A stretch of DNA of 64,000 bases from Bacteroidia bacterium (GTDB lineage Bacteria; Bacteroidota; Bacteroidia; NS11-12g; UBA9320), in NCBI GenBank assembly GCA_028247315.1, contig JAOKFZ010000002.1, positions 18,438 to 82,437 on the forward strand. Reading direction: 5' to 3'. The notes below the pieces were generated by a model, which had not been told where the DNA came from, searched no databases, and was given only the letters and a program-made list of their open reading frames with translations. Both the position numbers and the translations under genes were made by a program. This document shows, one piece after another, positions 49,960-59,700 of the stretch; position 1 is the first letter of the stretch, and the number at the start of each line of letters is the position of its first letter.

Positions 49960-50736
49960 ATGAAAAAGGTTTTTTATTTCACACTATTTGCTTCAATGCT
50001 TAGTTCTGCCTGTTCCACTTCTTCTGATAAAGGTGCATTAAAAGATGCAGCAATAGGAATAGAAAAAGGGGAAGCGGGTACGTTTACGTTTGACACCAAA
50101 GACGGGGTCACTATTACAGCAGATTATTATCCAAATGAAGATGCTCGTAAAATTATTCTGCTGTTGCATCAAGCTGGTTACAGTAGGGGAGAGTATAAGA
50201 GTATTGCACCGCGACTTGTAGATAGTGGTTTTGCTTGTTTGGCCGTAGACTTAAGAAGTGGCGGTCTAGTCAATGAAGTTTTTAATGAAACTGCTAAAAG
50301 TGCCGAAGAAAAAAGTTTACCCACAAGCTATATAGATGCAAAACAAGATATAGTGACTGCAATAGCTTATGCTTCTGCAAATACGGACAAAGAAATTATC
50401 TTATGGGGGAGCTCATACAGTGCATCGCTGTCCTTAATGGTAGCGGCAGAAGATTCATTGGTTGCTAAGGTAGTGGCATTCAGTCCAGGTGAATATCTTA
50501 GCAATCAGAATATGGTTAAGAATGCTGTGACTGATCTAGATAAACCTGTATTTATTACAGGTTCAAGTGCAGAGTTTGATATAGTTGTAAGGCCCATAGT
50601 TATAGCTTTGAAGAATGCGAGTACTACAGAATATAGACCCAAAGGACCGTCAGATCACGGTTCTAAAACGTTATGGCAACAGAGTAAAGAGTCTAGCTTA
50701 ATTTATGCGAAGGTGTGTAGATTTCTGAAAGGGTAA
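49960..50736 (+). CDS. Alpha/beta hydrolase lipoprotein
   Basis: Lipobox SSAC; LLHQAG, AVDLRSG, WGSSYSA nucleophile elbow. Confidence 0.85.
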   Translation: MKKVFYFTLFASMLSSACSTSSDKGALKDAAIGIEKGEAGTFTFDTKDGVTITADYYPNEDARKIILLLHQAGYSRGEYKSIAPRLVDSGFACLAVDLRSGGLVNEVFNETAKSAEEKSLPTSYIDAKQDIVTAIAYASANTDKEIILWGSSYSASLSLMVAAEDSLVAKVVAFSPGEYLSNQNMVKNAVTDLDKPVFITGSSAEFDIVVRPIVIALKNASTTEYRPKGPSDHGSKTLWQQSKESSLIYAKVCRFLKG

Positions 50737-50741
50737 AACGA

Positions 50742-51410
50742 TCAATGTTTTACTAGCAGCTTTCCTCTGTATCTCTGGAACCTATCTGCATACAAGTCGT
50801 AGTATATGAATCCTTGTGGTAGAGAATAACTGCCTATGCTTATTTCTTCATCGTTTGTTTTTGTAGTTAAAATAATCTGTCCAATGGCATCGTACAATTT
50901 AAGTATAAAGGTTTCTTTTTCCTTGTTTTTAAAATGGAGTATAGAGTGGCTCTCTACAGGGTGAGGTACCACGAATATTTCTTGAGTAGCCTTCACCACA
51001 ACAACACTAATGGTATTTGAATAACCAATATTGCCAAGTTCTAATTTCACATAATTGCGTGCGTTCAATATGGGATTGTTCAATACATAAGAGTAATAAC
51101 GTTCACTTGAGTCGCCACAAATGCCATAGTAAGTTCCTCTGCGTTCAAACCCAGAAACACTGTCTCGTGATACTTCTATATGTATGTCTTGACAAGTAAA
51201 ACCAGCCCGAGTCTTCCAGCTTAGGTAAAGCTTGCCGTCTATTGCCGTTGCAGCAAAAGATGTTGCATAGGGATTGTACTCCTCTTGAGCCAAGGAAGAA
51301 AAATATGCCAGACCCGAAATAAGTACGAGTAAGGTAATTCTTATCTGCTTGTATATATGTTTACTTTTGCTGCACAAAACACCATGGAAAAAATAGCAAC
51401 AACTCTTCAC
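50742..51410 (-). CDS. Secreted protein with degenerate T9SS type A C-terminal domain (true start probably near 51350)
   Basis: Signal-like IRITLLVLISGLAYFSSLA-Q; C-terminal VVPHP...LYDAIG...GFIYY...GKLL. Confidence 0.7.
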   Translation of the reverse strand: MKSCCYFFHGVLCSKSKHIYKQIRITLLVLISGLAYFSSLAQEEYNPYATSFAATAIDGKLYLSWKTRAGFTCQDIHIEVSRDSVSGFERRGTYYGICGDSSERYYSYVLNNPILNARNYVKLELGNIGYSNTISVVVVKATQEIFVVPHPVESHSILHFKNKEKETFILKLYDAIGQIILTTKTNDEEISIGSYSLPQGFIYYDLYADRFQRYRGKLLVKH

Positions 51411-52196
51411 GATATTTTACACTCAGACAAGCTTTTTTTATTGGCTGGACCTTGTGCAGTTGAAAATGAAAAAATCACGCTTGAAACTGCTGAATATCTT
51501 TCCAGATTAACGGACAAGCTAGGAATTCCTTACGTATTCAAATCATCTTATCGCAAAGCAAATAGAACGAAGTCAAGTTCATTTGCAGGTATAGGAGATG
51601 AAAAGGCCCTGAAACTACTCGGTAAAGTAAGGGAAGAGTTTGGTGTTCCTACGGTCACAGATGTACATGAAAGTCACGAAGCATCTATGGCTGCAGAGTT
51701 TGTTGACGTATTGCAGATACCTGCTTTTTTGTTCCGACAGACGGATTTATTACAAGCTGCTGGTCGTACCGGTCGTGTAGTAAATATAAAAAAAGGGCAA
51801 TTCGCTGGAGCAGAGGCAATGCAATTCGCCGCTAATAAGGTAAAAGAAACAGGAAATGATAAAGTACTACTTACCGAACGTGGTAATATGTTTGGATATG
51901 GTGATATGGTAGTAGACTATCGCAATTTGGTATGGATGAAGGAAATGGGATATCCTACTGTTATGGATGTAACACACTCACTGCAGCAACCCAATAATGG
52001 GAGTGGAGTAACTGGTGGTTTGCCTCAGCTGATAGAGCCTATGGCTAAAGCAGCAGTAGCAGTAGGAGTAAGTGGTTTATTTATAGAAACTCATCCTGAC
52101 CCAGCAAGTGCACTGAGTGATGGAGCCAATATGTTGCCACTTCACAAGATTGAAGAGTTGCTTATCAAGCTACTAAGGCTTCGTGAAAGTCTGTAA
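51384..52196 (+). CDS. kdsA: 3-deoxy-8-phosphooctulonate (KDO8P) synthase
   Basis: AGPC, KSSYRKANRT, QIPAFL.RQTD, KKGQF, D.THS.Q.P. Confidence 0.96.
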   Translation: MEKIATTLHDILHSDKLFLLAGPCAVENEKITLETAEYLSRLTDKLGIPYVFKSSYRKANRTKSSSFAGIGDEKALKLLGKVREEFGVPTVTDVHESHEASMAAEFVDVLQIPAFLFRQTDLLQAAGRTGRVVNIKKGQFAGAEAMQFAANKVKETGNDKVLLTERGNMFGYGDMVVDYRNLVWMKEMGYPTVMDVTHSLQQPNNGSGVTGGLPQLIEPMAKAAVAVGVSGLFIETHPDPASALSDGANMLPLHKIEELLIKLLRLRESL

Positions 52197-52389
52197 ACTC
52201 ACTTTTATAAAAAGAGAGAGAGAATTGGTTACCCAATCTCCCTCTCAACCAACTAACCAATAAAATCAAATTCACCCACCTCAATAACGGTAACGTTGCG
52301 TGAATATTTTGTTATCGATGAATTTTATTGTTATTGGCCTTGACAATACATTAGCTGCCAATGCCTGTTTCCTAAACAAATTCTATATA

Positions 52390-52789
52390 GTCTAGGTTTT
52401 CGGAACTCCAGTCTTGGCGACACGAGAATTCTTGTCAGTTTTACTCATACTTGGGACTACACCATTGTTTCCATTTACCCGAAAATGTGGTACATAATAA
52501 GGTCCCTTCCTATCGTATTACTAACATCTGTAATCATAGGATCCCCATACTAAATATGCACGGCTATCGGTACTACACTTTCCTCGTTTTTGTCTGTTAT
52601 CCGAGTCAAGGTGAGTCTGTCCCAATCATTGCAACTGCTACAAGCAGAGTCAAACAACATCAGGTTTATAATCCATGCGAGAGTTAAAGTAGATGCATCA
52701 TTATTTATTGGCTTCGGTAGGTAGAAACTATTTTGACAAGCTACAATAACTGAAGTCAAAAGCCCAAAAATTAAAGCATTTTCTTTCAT
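52390..52789 (-). pseudogene. Degraded Omp28-like (thioredoxin-fold) lipoprotein gene remnant
   Basis: Lipoprotein start MKENALIFGLLTSVIVAC; CSSCNDW; VVPIAVHI*YGDPM; after a frameshift YVPHFRVNG. Confidence 0.5.
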
Positions 52790-52895
52790 TGTGTATATGT
52801 TCTCATGTCCTCGAACGAAAATTGAAGCAATCCTTACGCTGAATCTGACAGAAATAAATATTTTCGCAGAGAAAAATAGCATTATTCATAATAGT

Positions 52896-53444
52896 ATGGC
52901 ATTATACCTTTCAGAAATAGTTTCAGTAGCCGGCAAGCCAGGACTACAAAAATTAGTCGGTAACAGAGCAAACGGACTTATAGTAGAGTCTCTGGATGCA
53001 GCTGGAAAACGATTCCCAACGAGTCTTACTCAAAAAGTTTCGTTTCTTAGCGATATATCGATGTATACCTATGATGGCGATGAAAAACTTGAAGAAATTC
53101 TTAAGAAACTTCATACAGTTGCAGAAGGAGGCATAGAATTGATTTCTAAGAAAAGCAGTGCTGATGAAGTACACGCTTTTTTCAGAAAAGTAGTTGAAAA
53201 CTTTGACGAAGATCAAGTATATAACTCTGATATACTCAAGCTCGTATCGTGGTACAAGATATTGAAGGATAAGGTAGATTTTAATCAACTGACAGAACCA
53301 GAAACTAGTGAAGATGATAAGTCTGTTGTTAAAAAATCGGCTGCTAAGAAACCTATCAAAAAGGCTACTCCAAAAGGTGCTCCAAAAGCTCAGAGTAAAG
53401 CCAAAGGTGGTGTTAAAAAAACGGGCAATCTTAAGGCTGGATAG
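52896..53444 (+). CDS. DUF5606 family protein
   Basis: IVSVAGKPGL.K, VSFLSDISMYT, VY.SDI.KL..WY; Lys-rich tail. Confidence 0.85.
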   Translation: MALYLSEIVSVAGKPGLQKLVGNRANGLIVESLDAAGKRFPTSLTQKVSFLSDISMYTYDGDEKLEEILKKLHTVAEGGIELISKKSSADEVHAFFRKVVENFDEDQVYNSDILKLVSWYKILKDKVDFNQLTEPETSEDDKSVVKKSAAKKPIKKATPKGAPKAQSKAKGGVKKTGNLKAG

Positions 53445-53450
53445 TATAGT

Positions 53451-53855
53451 TTACTTGGCTAATTTTAATCCCAGCCAAGCAAATGGAAAATAGGCGAATG
53501 CTAAGTCTACTATAGTTGGTGACAAAGGAGTGCCAATCATACTGGCTACAGTTATTCCACCTATAAAGAACCAAGTACCGACGATAATTCCTACAGTTTG
53601 TTTTCTGCGAATTGCCAATTTTACGGCAACAAAGGCGGCTACAAATGTTCCTATGGCATGTGCTAAGAATGGTATGATATAATGTTTAGCCTCATACAAG
53701 TGAATGTTTGCTCTGATGGACTTTATATCCTCGGGGTCTACACCTAGTGGTGGAGAGATGTATATGCCCCCTTTAGAAACAATGAGCATGTTAAAAGCAC
53801 TCCCTACCAACACACCTCCACTTATGGCTAAAAGATTTCGTAATACAGGTTTCAT
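53451..53855 (-). CDS. Small membrane protein
   Basis: Four hydrophobic segments; PFLAHA.GT and DL..AY.P motifs. Confidence 0.75.
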   Translation of the reverse strand: MKPVLRNLLAISGGVLVGSAFNMLIVSKGGIYISPPLGVDPEDIKSIRANIHLYEAKHYIIPFLAHAIGTFVAAFVAVKLAIRRKQTVGIIVGTWFFIGGITVASMIGTPLSPTIVDLAFAYFPFAWLGLKLAK

Positions 53856-53896
53856 GATTTTATTCCTTGCTAAATTATTACCAAAAGTAGTTATAA

Positions 53897-55522
53897 CTAC
53901 CTAAAATATGCTTGACGAAGATCTAAATGATTCAATGGATTTACTTTAATGTTCTCTAATTTATTAGAACGAATCCAGATACTTTCATCATAGAAAAGCA
54001 ATATGTATGGCTGGTCCACCCCTAGTTTGTGTTGTAAACTTACAAATAAGTCTTGTCGTTTTATAGGGTCGGTTTCTGATAGAAGTTGCAAATATTCTGT
54101 ATCAAATTCTGGGTTATTATAGCGTGTGTAGTTTGGCCCGATAGGAGCCTTGTTTTTACTATAAAAACAGGCCATATAGTTTTCTCCATCCGGATAATCA
54201 GCTATCCAACTACTTCTAAAAAAAGTCAAGTCTCCGGCAGATTTTTGCTGCTTGAGTATACTACTGGGCACTACATCGATCTTAATTTGGATACCTATGT
54301 CTGCACAATTTTTTTGCACTAGGATGCAGAGGTCTAAATAGTCAGCAGTAGTCGTAAGTATAAGAGGCTTGGTCTGCTTTACGGCAGATTTTACGAGATA
54401 TTTTTGGGCCAAATAACGGTTGTACTGGTATTCCTTAGTAGCTTCATAAGCTGGTAGACCTATAGGACAAAAGCCTCCATTTGCTGGTTTCCCTACTCCG
54501 TTACGGAGGTAGCGTATCATTTTTATTCTATCAATACTGTGATGTATTGCCTTTCTGAAGTTGACATCTTGCACGGGGGAAGTACTGTCTTCCAAATTAA
54601 AAGCTAAGTACTCGGTATTCAGAAAAGGACTTTTTTTTAGCTCAAAGTTGTTCTTATATTCTGATTTTAATGTGCCGTCTACAGTGAGTATTTCATCTTT
54701 GAAGGAACTCTCTAACCCGGTAAATAAGTCTAGCTTACCTTGTGTGAAATCGAGTAATTCTGTTTGTTTACTTTGTACAAAACATATGGAAATGGCATCT
54801 ATTTTAGGAATGGGGTTTGCTGGTGTTGACTCATAGTAGTTTTCATTTTTTATAAGGTTGAGTTTTATGCCGTCTGCCCAGTTTGCAAACTGAAAAGGAC
54901 CGGTACCTACGGGGTTTTTACCATAACTATCCCCGTAATATTCTACTGCCTCCTGAGGCACTACATAGCAGTATGCCATGGTGAGCATACGCAGTAGTGG
55001 TGTAAATGGCTTTTTAAGATTAATCTCTAGTGTACTGTCATTTGGTGCATAAAATGGATCTGTCCTGTCGATTATTTCATTGAAAATCCATGCTCCATCA
55101 GAGGCTGTATTTGGATTTATTATTCTATTGAATGAGTATACAAAATCGTTAGCAGTTACTTCTCGCTTTTCGTTTTTAAAAACAGGGTCGTTGTGGAAAA
55201 ATATGCCCTTTTTGATCACAAAAGTATACGTTTTAGCATCTGAGGATACAGTGTAGTTTTTTGCAATAGCAGGTATGATATTTAAATTATCGTCGAGCTG
55301 AAGAAGTCCGTTAAATAGCTGATTTACAGTGCGTATGTTTTCTTGTGTTCGGGCAAAGGCAGGATCCAATGAACTGATACCCGTAGGACTATTGAACCGG
55401 ATAATCTGTTTTTGTTCGTTTTGACTTTCATTTTTGCAAGAAATCAACATTAAAGTGATGTGTATAACTACTAAAAACCTGTTAATTATCGACCTATTAA
55501 TCTGCTTAGATTTGAATTTCAA
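53897..55522 (-). CDS. ABC transporter substrate-binding lipoprotein (family 5, OppA/DppA-like); start uncertain, TTG at 55522 chosen
   Basis: SLDPA, TANDFVYSF.R, PVGTGPF, WIADYPD; lipobox LISC. Confidence 0.88.
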   Translation of the reverse strand: MKFKSKQINRSIINRFLVVIHITLMLISCKNESQNEQKQIIRFNSPTGISSLDPAFARTQENIRTVNQLFNGLLQLDDNLNIIPAIAKNYTVSSDAKTYTFVIKKGIFFHNDPVFKNEKREVTANDFVYSFNRIINPNTASDGAWIFNEIIDRTDPFYAPNDSTLEINLKKPFTPLLRMLTMAYCYVVPQEAVEYYGDSYGKNPVGTGPFQFANWADGIKLNLIKNENYYESTPANPIPKIDAISICFVQSKQTELLDFTQGKLDLFTGLESSFKDEILTVDGTLKSEYKNNFELKKSPFLNTEYLAFNLEDSTSPVQDVNFRKAIHHSIDRIKMIRYLRNGVGKPANGGFCPIGLPAYEATKEYQYNRYLAQKYLVKSAVKQTKPLILTTTADYLDLCILVQKNCADIGIQIKIDVVPSSILKQQKSAGDLTFFRSSWIADYPDGENYMACFYSKNKAPIGPNYTRYNNPEFDTEYLQLLSETDPIKRQDLFVSLQHKLGVDQPYILLFYDESIWIRSNKLENIKVNPLNHLDLRQAYFR

Positions 55523-55534
55523 AGATTTACTACG

Positions 55535-56221
55535 GTGCAGCCACAGATTACATATTACGGACATTCGTGCTTTTCGATTAAAGTTGGCGGTAAAAATATA
55601 CTGTTTGATCCGTTTATTTCTCCGAATCCGCAAGCAAGTATGGTCGATGTTTCCACAATACAACCTGACGTGATGCTCATATCACATGGACACGGAGATC
55701 ACATAGCAGATGCAGTTGCTATAGCGAAACAAAGTAAGTGCAGCGTGGCAGCAGCATATGAGGTTACAGAGTGGATGGCTGCTCAAGGTGTAGAGAACTG
55801 CTTTCCCATGAATACGGGAGGAACACTAGATTTAGACGTTTGCAAAATAAAAATGGTAAGAGCTGAGCACAGTAGTTCATTTCCTGATGGCAGTTATGCC
55901 GGAGATGCTATTGGTTTTGTCGTTCACAATGAGGAAACTTGTTTTTATTACGCTGGAGATACAGCACTTACGCTAGACATGCAACTTATACCCTTAGAGT
56001 TTAAACTTGATTTTGCCTTTTTACCGATAGGTGATAACTTTACTATGGGTGTGGGTGATGCATGCAGGGCTGCTAAATTACTCAATTGTAATGAAGTTGT
56101 AGGAATGCATTTTGATACTTTTCCGCCTATAGAAATAGACCACAAACAAGCTAAAAAAACGTTTAAGGATAACGATATACATTTAACATTACCCATTATT
56201 AATCAAACAATAGAACTATAA
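55535..56221 (+). CDS. Metal-dependent hydrolase, metallo-beta-lactamase fold (UPF0173-like)
   Basis: YYGHS, LFDPF, SHGHGDH, AGDT, LPIGDNFTMG. Confidence 0.92.
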   Translation: MQPQITYYGHSCFSIKVGGKNILFDPFISPNPQASMVDVSTIQPDVMLISHGHGDHIADAVAIAKQSKCSVAAAYEVTEWMAAQGVENCFPMNTGGTLDLDVCKIKMVRAEHSSSFPDGSYAGDAIGFVVHNEETCFYYAGDTALTLDMQLIPLEFKLDFAFLPIGDNFTMGVGDACRAAKLLNCNEVVGMHFDTFPPIEIDHKQAKKTFKDNDIHLTLPIINQTIEL

Positions 56222-56231
56222 TAAATATACC

Positions 56232-57032
56232 ATGTCGAAAATAATTTGTGTAGCAAACCAAAAAGGAGGAGTAGGAAAAACGACGACAGCAACAAACCTG
56301 GCGTACAGCCTTGCTGTATTAGAAAATAGGGTACTGCTTGTAGATGCAGATCCACAGGCTAACTCTACATCTCATCTTGGGATGGACCCTAAAAACGTAA
56401 GACTAGGGTTGTATGAGTTGATGGTGCAAGACCTAAACCCTACAGATGCTATCTTGGATACTAAGTATGAGTATCTTAAAATATTGCCAGCAAATATTGA
56501 TTTAGTAGGAGCGGAGATAGAGATGATAGATTTACCCAACCGCGAGAAAATTATGGGTAAAATGTTTGATAAGATAAGAGACAATTATGAGTTCATTATC
56601 ATTGATTGCTCTCCGTCACTAGGACTTATTACTACGAATGCCCTTGGAGCAGCTGATTCGGTAATAATCCCTGTACAGTGCGAGTACTTTGCACTGGAAG
56701 GATTGGGTAAATTGCTTAATACTATTAAGATTGTACAACGCAGTATCAACATTAAATTGGAAATAGAAGGCCTACTTCTTACGATGTATGATTCTCGTTT
56801 AAGATTAAGTAATCAAGTAGTAGAAGAAGTTAAACTACACTTCCAACAATTGGTTTTTGATACCATAATAAAAAGAAATACGACGCTAAGTGAGGCTCCG
56901 AGTTTTGGGATACCAGTACTCGAGCATGATGCCACAGCATCCGGTAGTTTAGGTTACCTAAACCTGGCTAGAGAGTTGCTCCAAAAAAATGGGATGACCA
57001 AAATAAGTGAGGAAGAAAGAATCATACAGTAA
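56232..57032 (+). CDS. parA: Chromosome partitioning ATPase ParA/Soj
   Basis: NQKGGVGKTT, DADPQAN, PVQCEYFALEG. Confidence 0.96.
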   Translation: MSKIICVANQKGGVGKTTTATNLAYSLAVLENRVLLVDADPQANSTSHLGMDPKNVRLGLYELMVQDLNPTDAILDTKYEYLKILPANIDLVGAEIEMIDLPNREKIMGKMFDKIRDNYEFIIIDCSPSLGLITTNALGAADSVIIPVQCEYFALEGLGKLLNTIKIVQRSINIKLEIEGLLLTMYDSRLRLSNQVVEEVKLHFQQLVFDTIIKRNTTLSEAPSFGIPVLEHDATASGSLGYLNLARELLQKNGMTKISEEERIIQ

Positions 57033-57908
57033 ATGACAAAACGAGTATTAGGAAGAGGACTCAGTGCATTGCTCGAAAACGCAGATACTGATATCACAAG
57101 CATAGAACCCAAAGCACTGCACAGTATTGCAGATATTCAGATTAGCCAAATTATTGCTAATCCGTTTCAACCTCGAACAGAGTTTGACGACGTAGCACTC
57201 AACGAGCTTTCTGAATCGATTAAAATACACGGTGTAATACAGCCAATAACCGTGCGTAAAATGGGATACGAAAAGTATGAACTCATAAGTGGTGAGCGAC
57301 GAACTCGAGCTTCTATATTAGCTGGCCTAGCACATATTCCTGCTTACATTAGGTTGGCAAATGACCAGCAAATGCTAGAGATGGCTCTGATAGAAAACAT
57401 ACAGCGTGAAAACCTTAATGCTATCGAGATTGCCTTGTCGTATCAACGATTATTAGAAGAATGTGATCTAAAACAAGACGAATTAGGAGACAGAGTAGGG
57501 AAGAAACGAAGTACGGTGAATAATTACCTCCGCTTGTTGCGTTTGCCAGAAGAAATCCAACTGTCCATAAAAGATGGTAAACTCATGATGGGCCACGCTC
57601 GTGCTTTGGTAAATGTAGAAGATACCCATACGCAACTGGCACTATTTAAAGCTGCGGTAAATGGGAATCTAAGTGTTCGCCAAGTAGAAGAATTGGTGCG
57701 AAATGAGAAAGAGGTAGGTGAAAAGAATTCTAGCAAATCTGCTGCTACGTACTTTGATTTTACCAACTATATTTCTCGTAAGGAGAAGATAGAGAAGCAA
57801 CTTGGTACAAACGTTAAATTCAAATCGCGTTCTAGCGAAAATGGGACCATTCATATTAGTTTTTCGTCTAAAGAACAGTTAGATGATATCCTGAAGAAAA
57901 TGGAATAA
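57033..57908 (+). CDS. parB: Chromosome partitioning protein ParB/Spo0J
   Basis: LGRGLSAL, NPFQPR, SGERR, ENIQRENL. Confidence 0.96.
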   Translation: MTKRVLGRGLSALLENADTDITSIEPKALHSIADIQISQIIANPFQPRTEFDDVALNELSESIKIHGVIQPITVRKMGYEKYELISGERRTRASILAGLAHIPAYIRLANDQQMLEMALIENIQRENLNAIEIALSYQRLLEECDLKQDELGDRVGKKRSTVNNYLRLLRLPEEIQLSIKDGKLMMGHARALVNVEDTHTQLALFKAAVNGNLSVRQVEELVRNEKEVGEKNSSKSAATYFDFTNYISRKEKIEKQLGTNVKFKSRSSENGTIHISFSSKEQLDDILKKME

Positions 57909-57921
57909 TACCTTTGCGGTA

Positions 57922-58524
57922 ATGAAAAGAGGGTTTGTTTCTTTTATACTACTTGCTATGGCTGCATTTGGCTATGCTCAGCGGCCCTATCATGCTGCGT
58001 ATTTACAAAACTTCTCACAAAGTGATGCCGCACAACAGCTAGATTTAACAAAGGATAGTACTGTATGGACTAGGCCCAAGAAGGCCACCGTTCTAGCAAT
58101 GATATTGCCAGGTGCAGGCCAGCTTTACAATAAAAAATATTGGAAAGCAGCTGTAGTATATGCGGGTGTCGGCGGACTTATTTATAGCTACCGTTTCAAC
58201 AAAGATAGCTTGGCAGCGTATCAAGCTATTTTGATAAATAAGATACAGTCTGCAAATGATACGTCAATAGCAGACAACTTTCCGCTACTTACTACTGCAG
58301 GAGTTACCAGTAATCGAGACTTTTATCGTAGAAATAGAGATGTCACCATCATAGGTTTTGTAGCTCTGTATGCTCTGCAAATAATAGATGCCAATGTAGA
58401 CGCTCACCTTCGAGAGTTTGAAGTAAACGAAAATTTATCCTTGCATGTATCTCCAGATATAATGCGTACAAGACCAGGAATGGGTACGTACAATGGTATT
58501 ACACTTACGCTGCGACTGAAATAA
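57922..58524 (+). CDS. DUF5683 family protein
   Basis: PKKA....ILPGAGQ.YN.KYWK, IIDANVDAHL; usual position after parB. Confidence 0.88.
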   Translation: MKRGFVSFILLAMAAFGYAQRPYHAAYLQNFSQSDAAQQLDLTKDSTVWTRPKKATVLAMILPGAGQLYNKKYWKAAVVYAGVGGLIYSYRFNKDSLAAYQAILINKIQSANDTSIADNFPLLTTAGVTSNRDFYRRNRDVTIIGFVALYALQIIDANVDAHLREFEVNENLSLHVSPDIMRTRPGMGTYNGITLTLRLK

Positions 58525-58626
58525 AGCGGTATTTTTTGTCATTCTAAAAAACGTCTCTCCTCCGCCAATACTTTTGGTGTTGCAGGTAAATGAATACATT
58601 CGCAACTCAATACAGAATTCAAAAAT

Positions 58627-59514
58627 ATGCAACATATATCAGTAATAGGATCAGGAACTATGGGTAACGGAATAGCCCATGTCTTTGCTCAGAAGGGCTA
58701 CAAGGTAGCACTTATAGATATTAGCCAGCCAGCACTAGATAAAGCTCTAACTAATATAGCTAAAAATCTGGACCGTATGGTGGCCAAAGAGAGAATCTCT
58801 GAAGCTGATAAAGCCAGTACGCTTGCAAATATTACAACATACACTGCTTTGGCAGAAGGGGTGAAATCTGCAGATTTAGTTGTAGAAGCAGCCACCGAGA
58901 ATAAGGAACTGAAGTTTAAAATATTTAAGGAGATGGATGCACATGCACCTGCAGGATGTATTTTAGCGTCGAATACTTCGTCTATTAGCATCACAGAGCT
59001 TGCTGCACAAACAGGTAGACCAGATAAGGTGATAGGAATGCACTTTATGAATCCGGTTCCTGTAATGAAGCTTGTAGAGATTATCAATGGATACAACACA
59101 TCTAAAGAAGTTACCGCAACTATAGATGAGCTCAGCAAGAAAATAGGTAAAGTCCCTGCTATGGCAAATGACTATCCTGGTTTCATAGCCAATAGAATAT
59201 TAATGCCAATGATAAATGAGGCTATATGGACGCTGCACGAAGGAGTAGGAGAGGTGACCAATATAGACACAGTAATGAAGCTTGGTATGGCTCACCCTAT
59301 GGGTCCATTGCAACTAGCAGATTTTATTGGACTAGATGTATGTCTAGCTATACTAAATGTACTGCACGACGGTTTTGGTAATCCTAAGTATGCACCGTGT
59401 CCATTGCTAGTCAATATGGTAAATGCGGGTAAGAAGGGAATTAAGTCTGGAGAAGGATTCTACTCATGGACACACGGAACTAAAGAGCTTATAGTCAGCG
59501 ATAGTTTTACTTAG
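58627..59514 (+). CDS. 3-hydroxybutyryl-CoA dehydrogenase
   Basis: GSGTMG.GIA, SNTSS, GMHFMNP, HPMGPL.LAD. Confidence 0.94.
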   Translation: MQHISVIGSGTMGNGIAHVFAQKGYKVALIDISQPALDKALTNIAKNLDRMVAKERISEADKASTLANITTYTALAEGVKSADLVVEAATENKELKFKIFKEMDAHAPAGCILASNTSSISITELAAQTGRPDKVIGMHFMNPVPVMKLVEIINGYNTSKEVTATIDELSKKIGKVPAMANDYPGFIANRILMPMINEAIWTLHEGVGEVTNIDTVMKLGMAHPMGPLQLADFIGLDVCLAILNVLHDGFGNPKYAPCPLLVNMVNAGKKGIKSGEGFYSWTHGTKELIVSDSFT

Positions 59515-59561
59515 GAGTGTGAGGAGATAAGAGTAACTAGTCATTCTTATTGAAGGTATTG

Positions 59562-59594
59562 AAGCACTGTCCGATAGGGGCGGTGCTTTTTTTT
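59562..59594 (+). terminator. Intrinsic terminator after 3-hydroxybutyryl-CoA dehydrogenase
   Basis: aagcactgtcc...gggcggtgctt followed by a T run. Confidence 0.75.
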
Positions 59595-59635
59595 ATCACT
59601 GTCATTGCATGGATAAAATGATATGGTTAAATGTG

Positions 59636-59685
59636 TTAACAAAAGAAGCTCCAAACACTTAAGTGTTTGGAGCTTCTTTTGTTAA
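59636..59685. repeat. 50-bp perfect palindrome (probable terminator of the cold-shock gene)
   Basis: ttaacaaaagaagctccaaacactt|aagtgtttggagcttcttttgttaa. Confidence 0.85.
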
Positions 59686-59700
59686 ATTATTTTAAAGGAA

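Noticed and set aside
55523..55663. Long N-terminal extension of the OppA-like ORF in the ORF track
   Set aside because: Overlaps the divergent MBL hydrolase; the lipobox position implies a later start.
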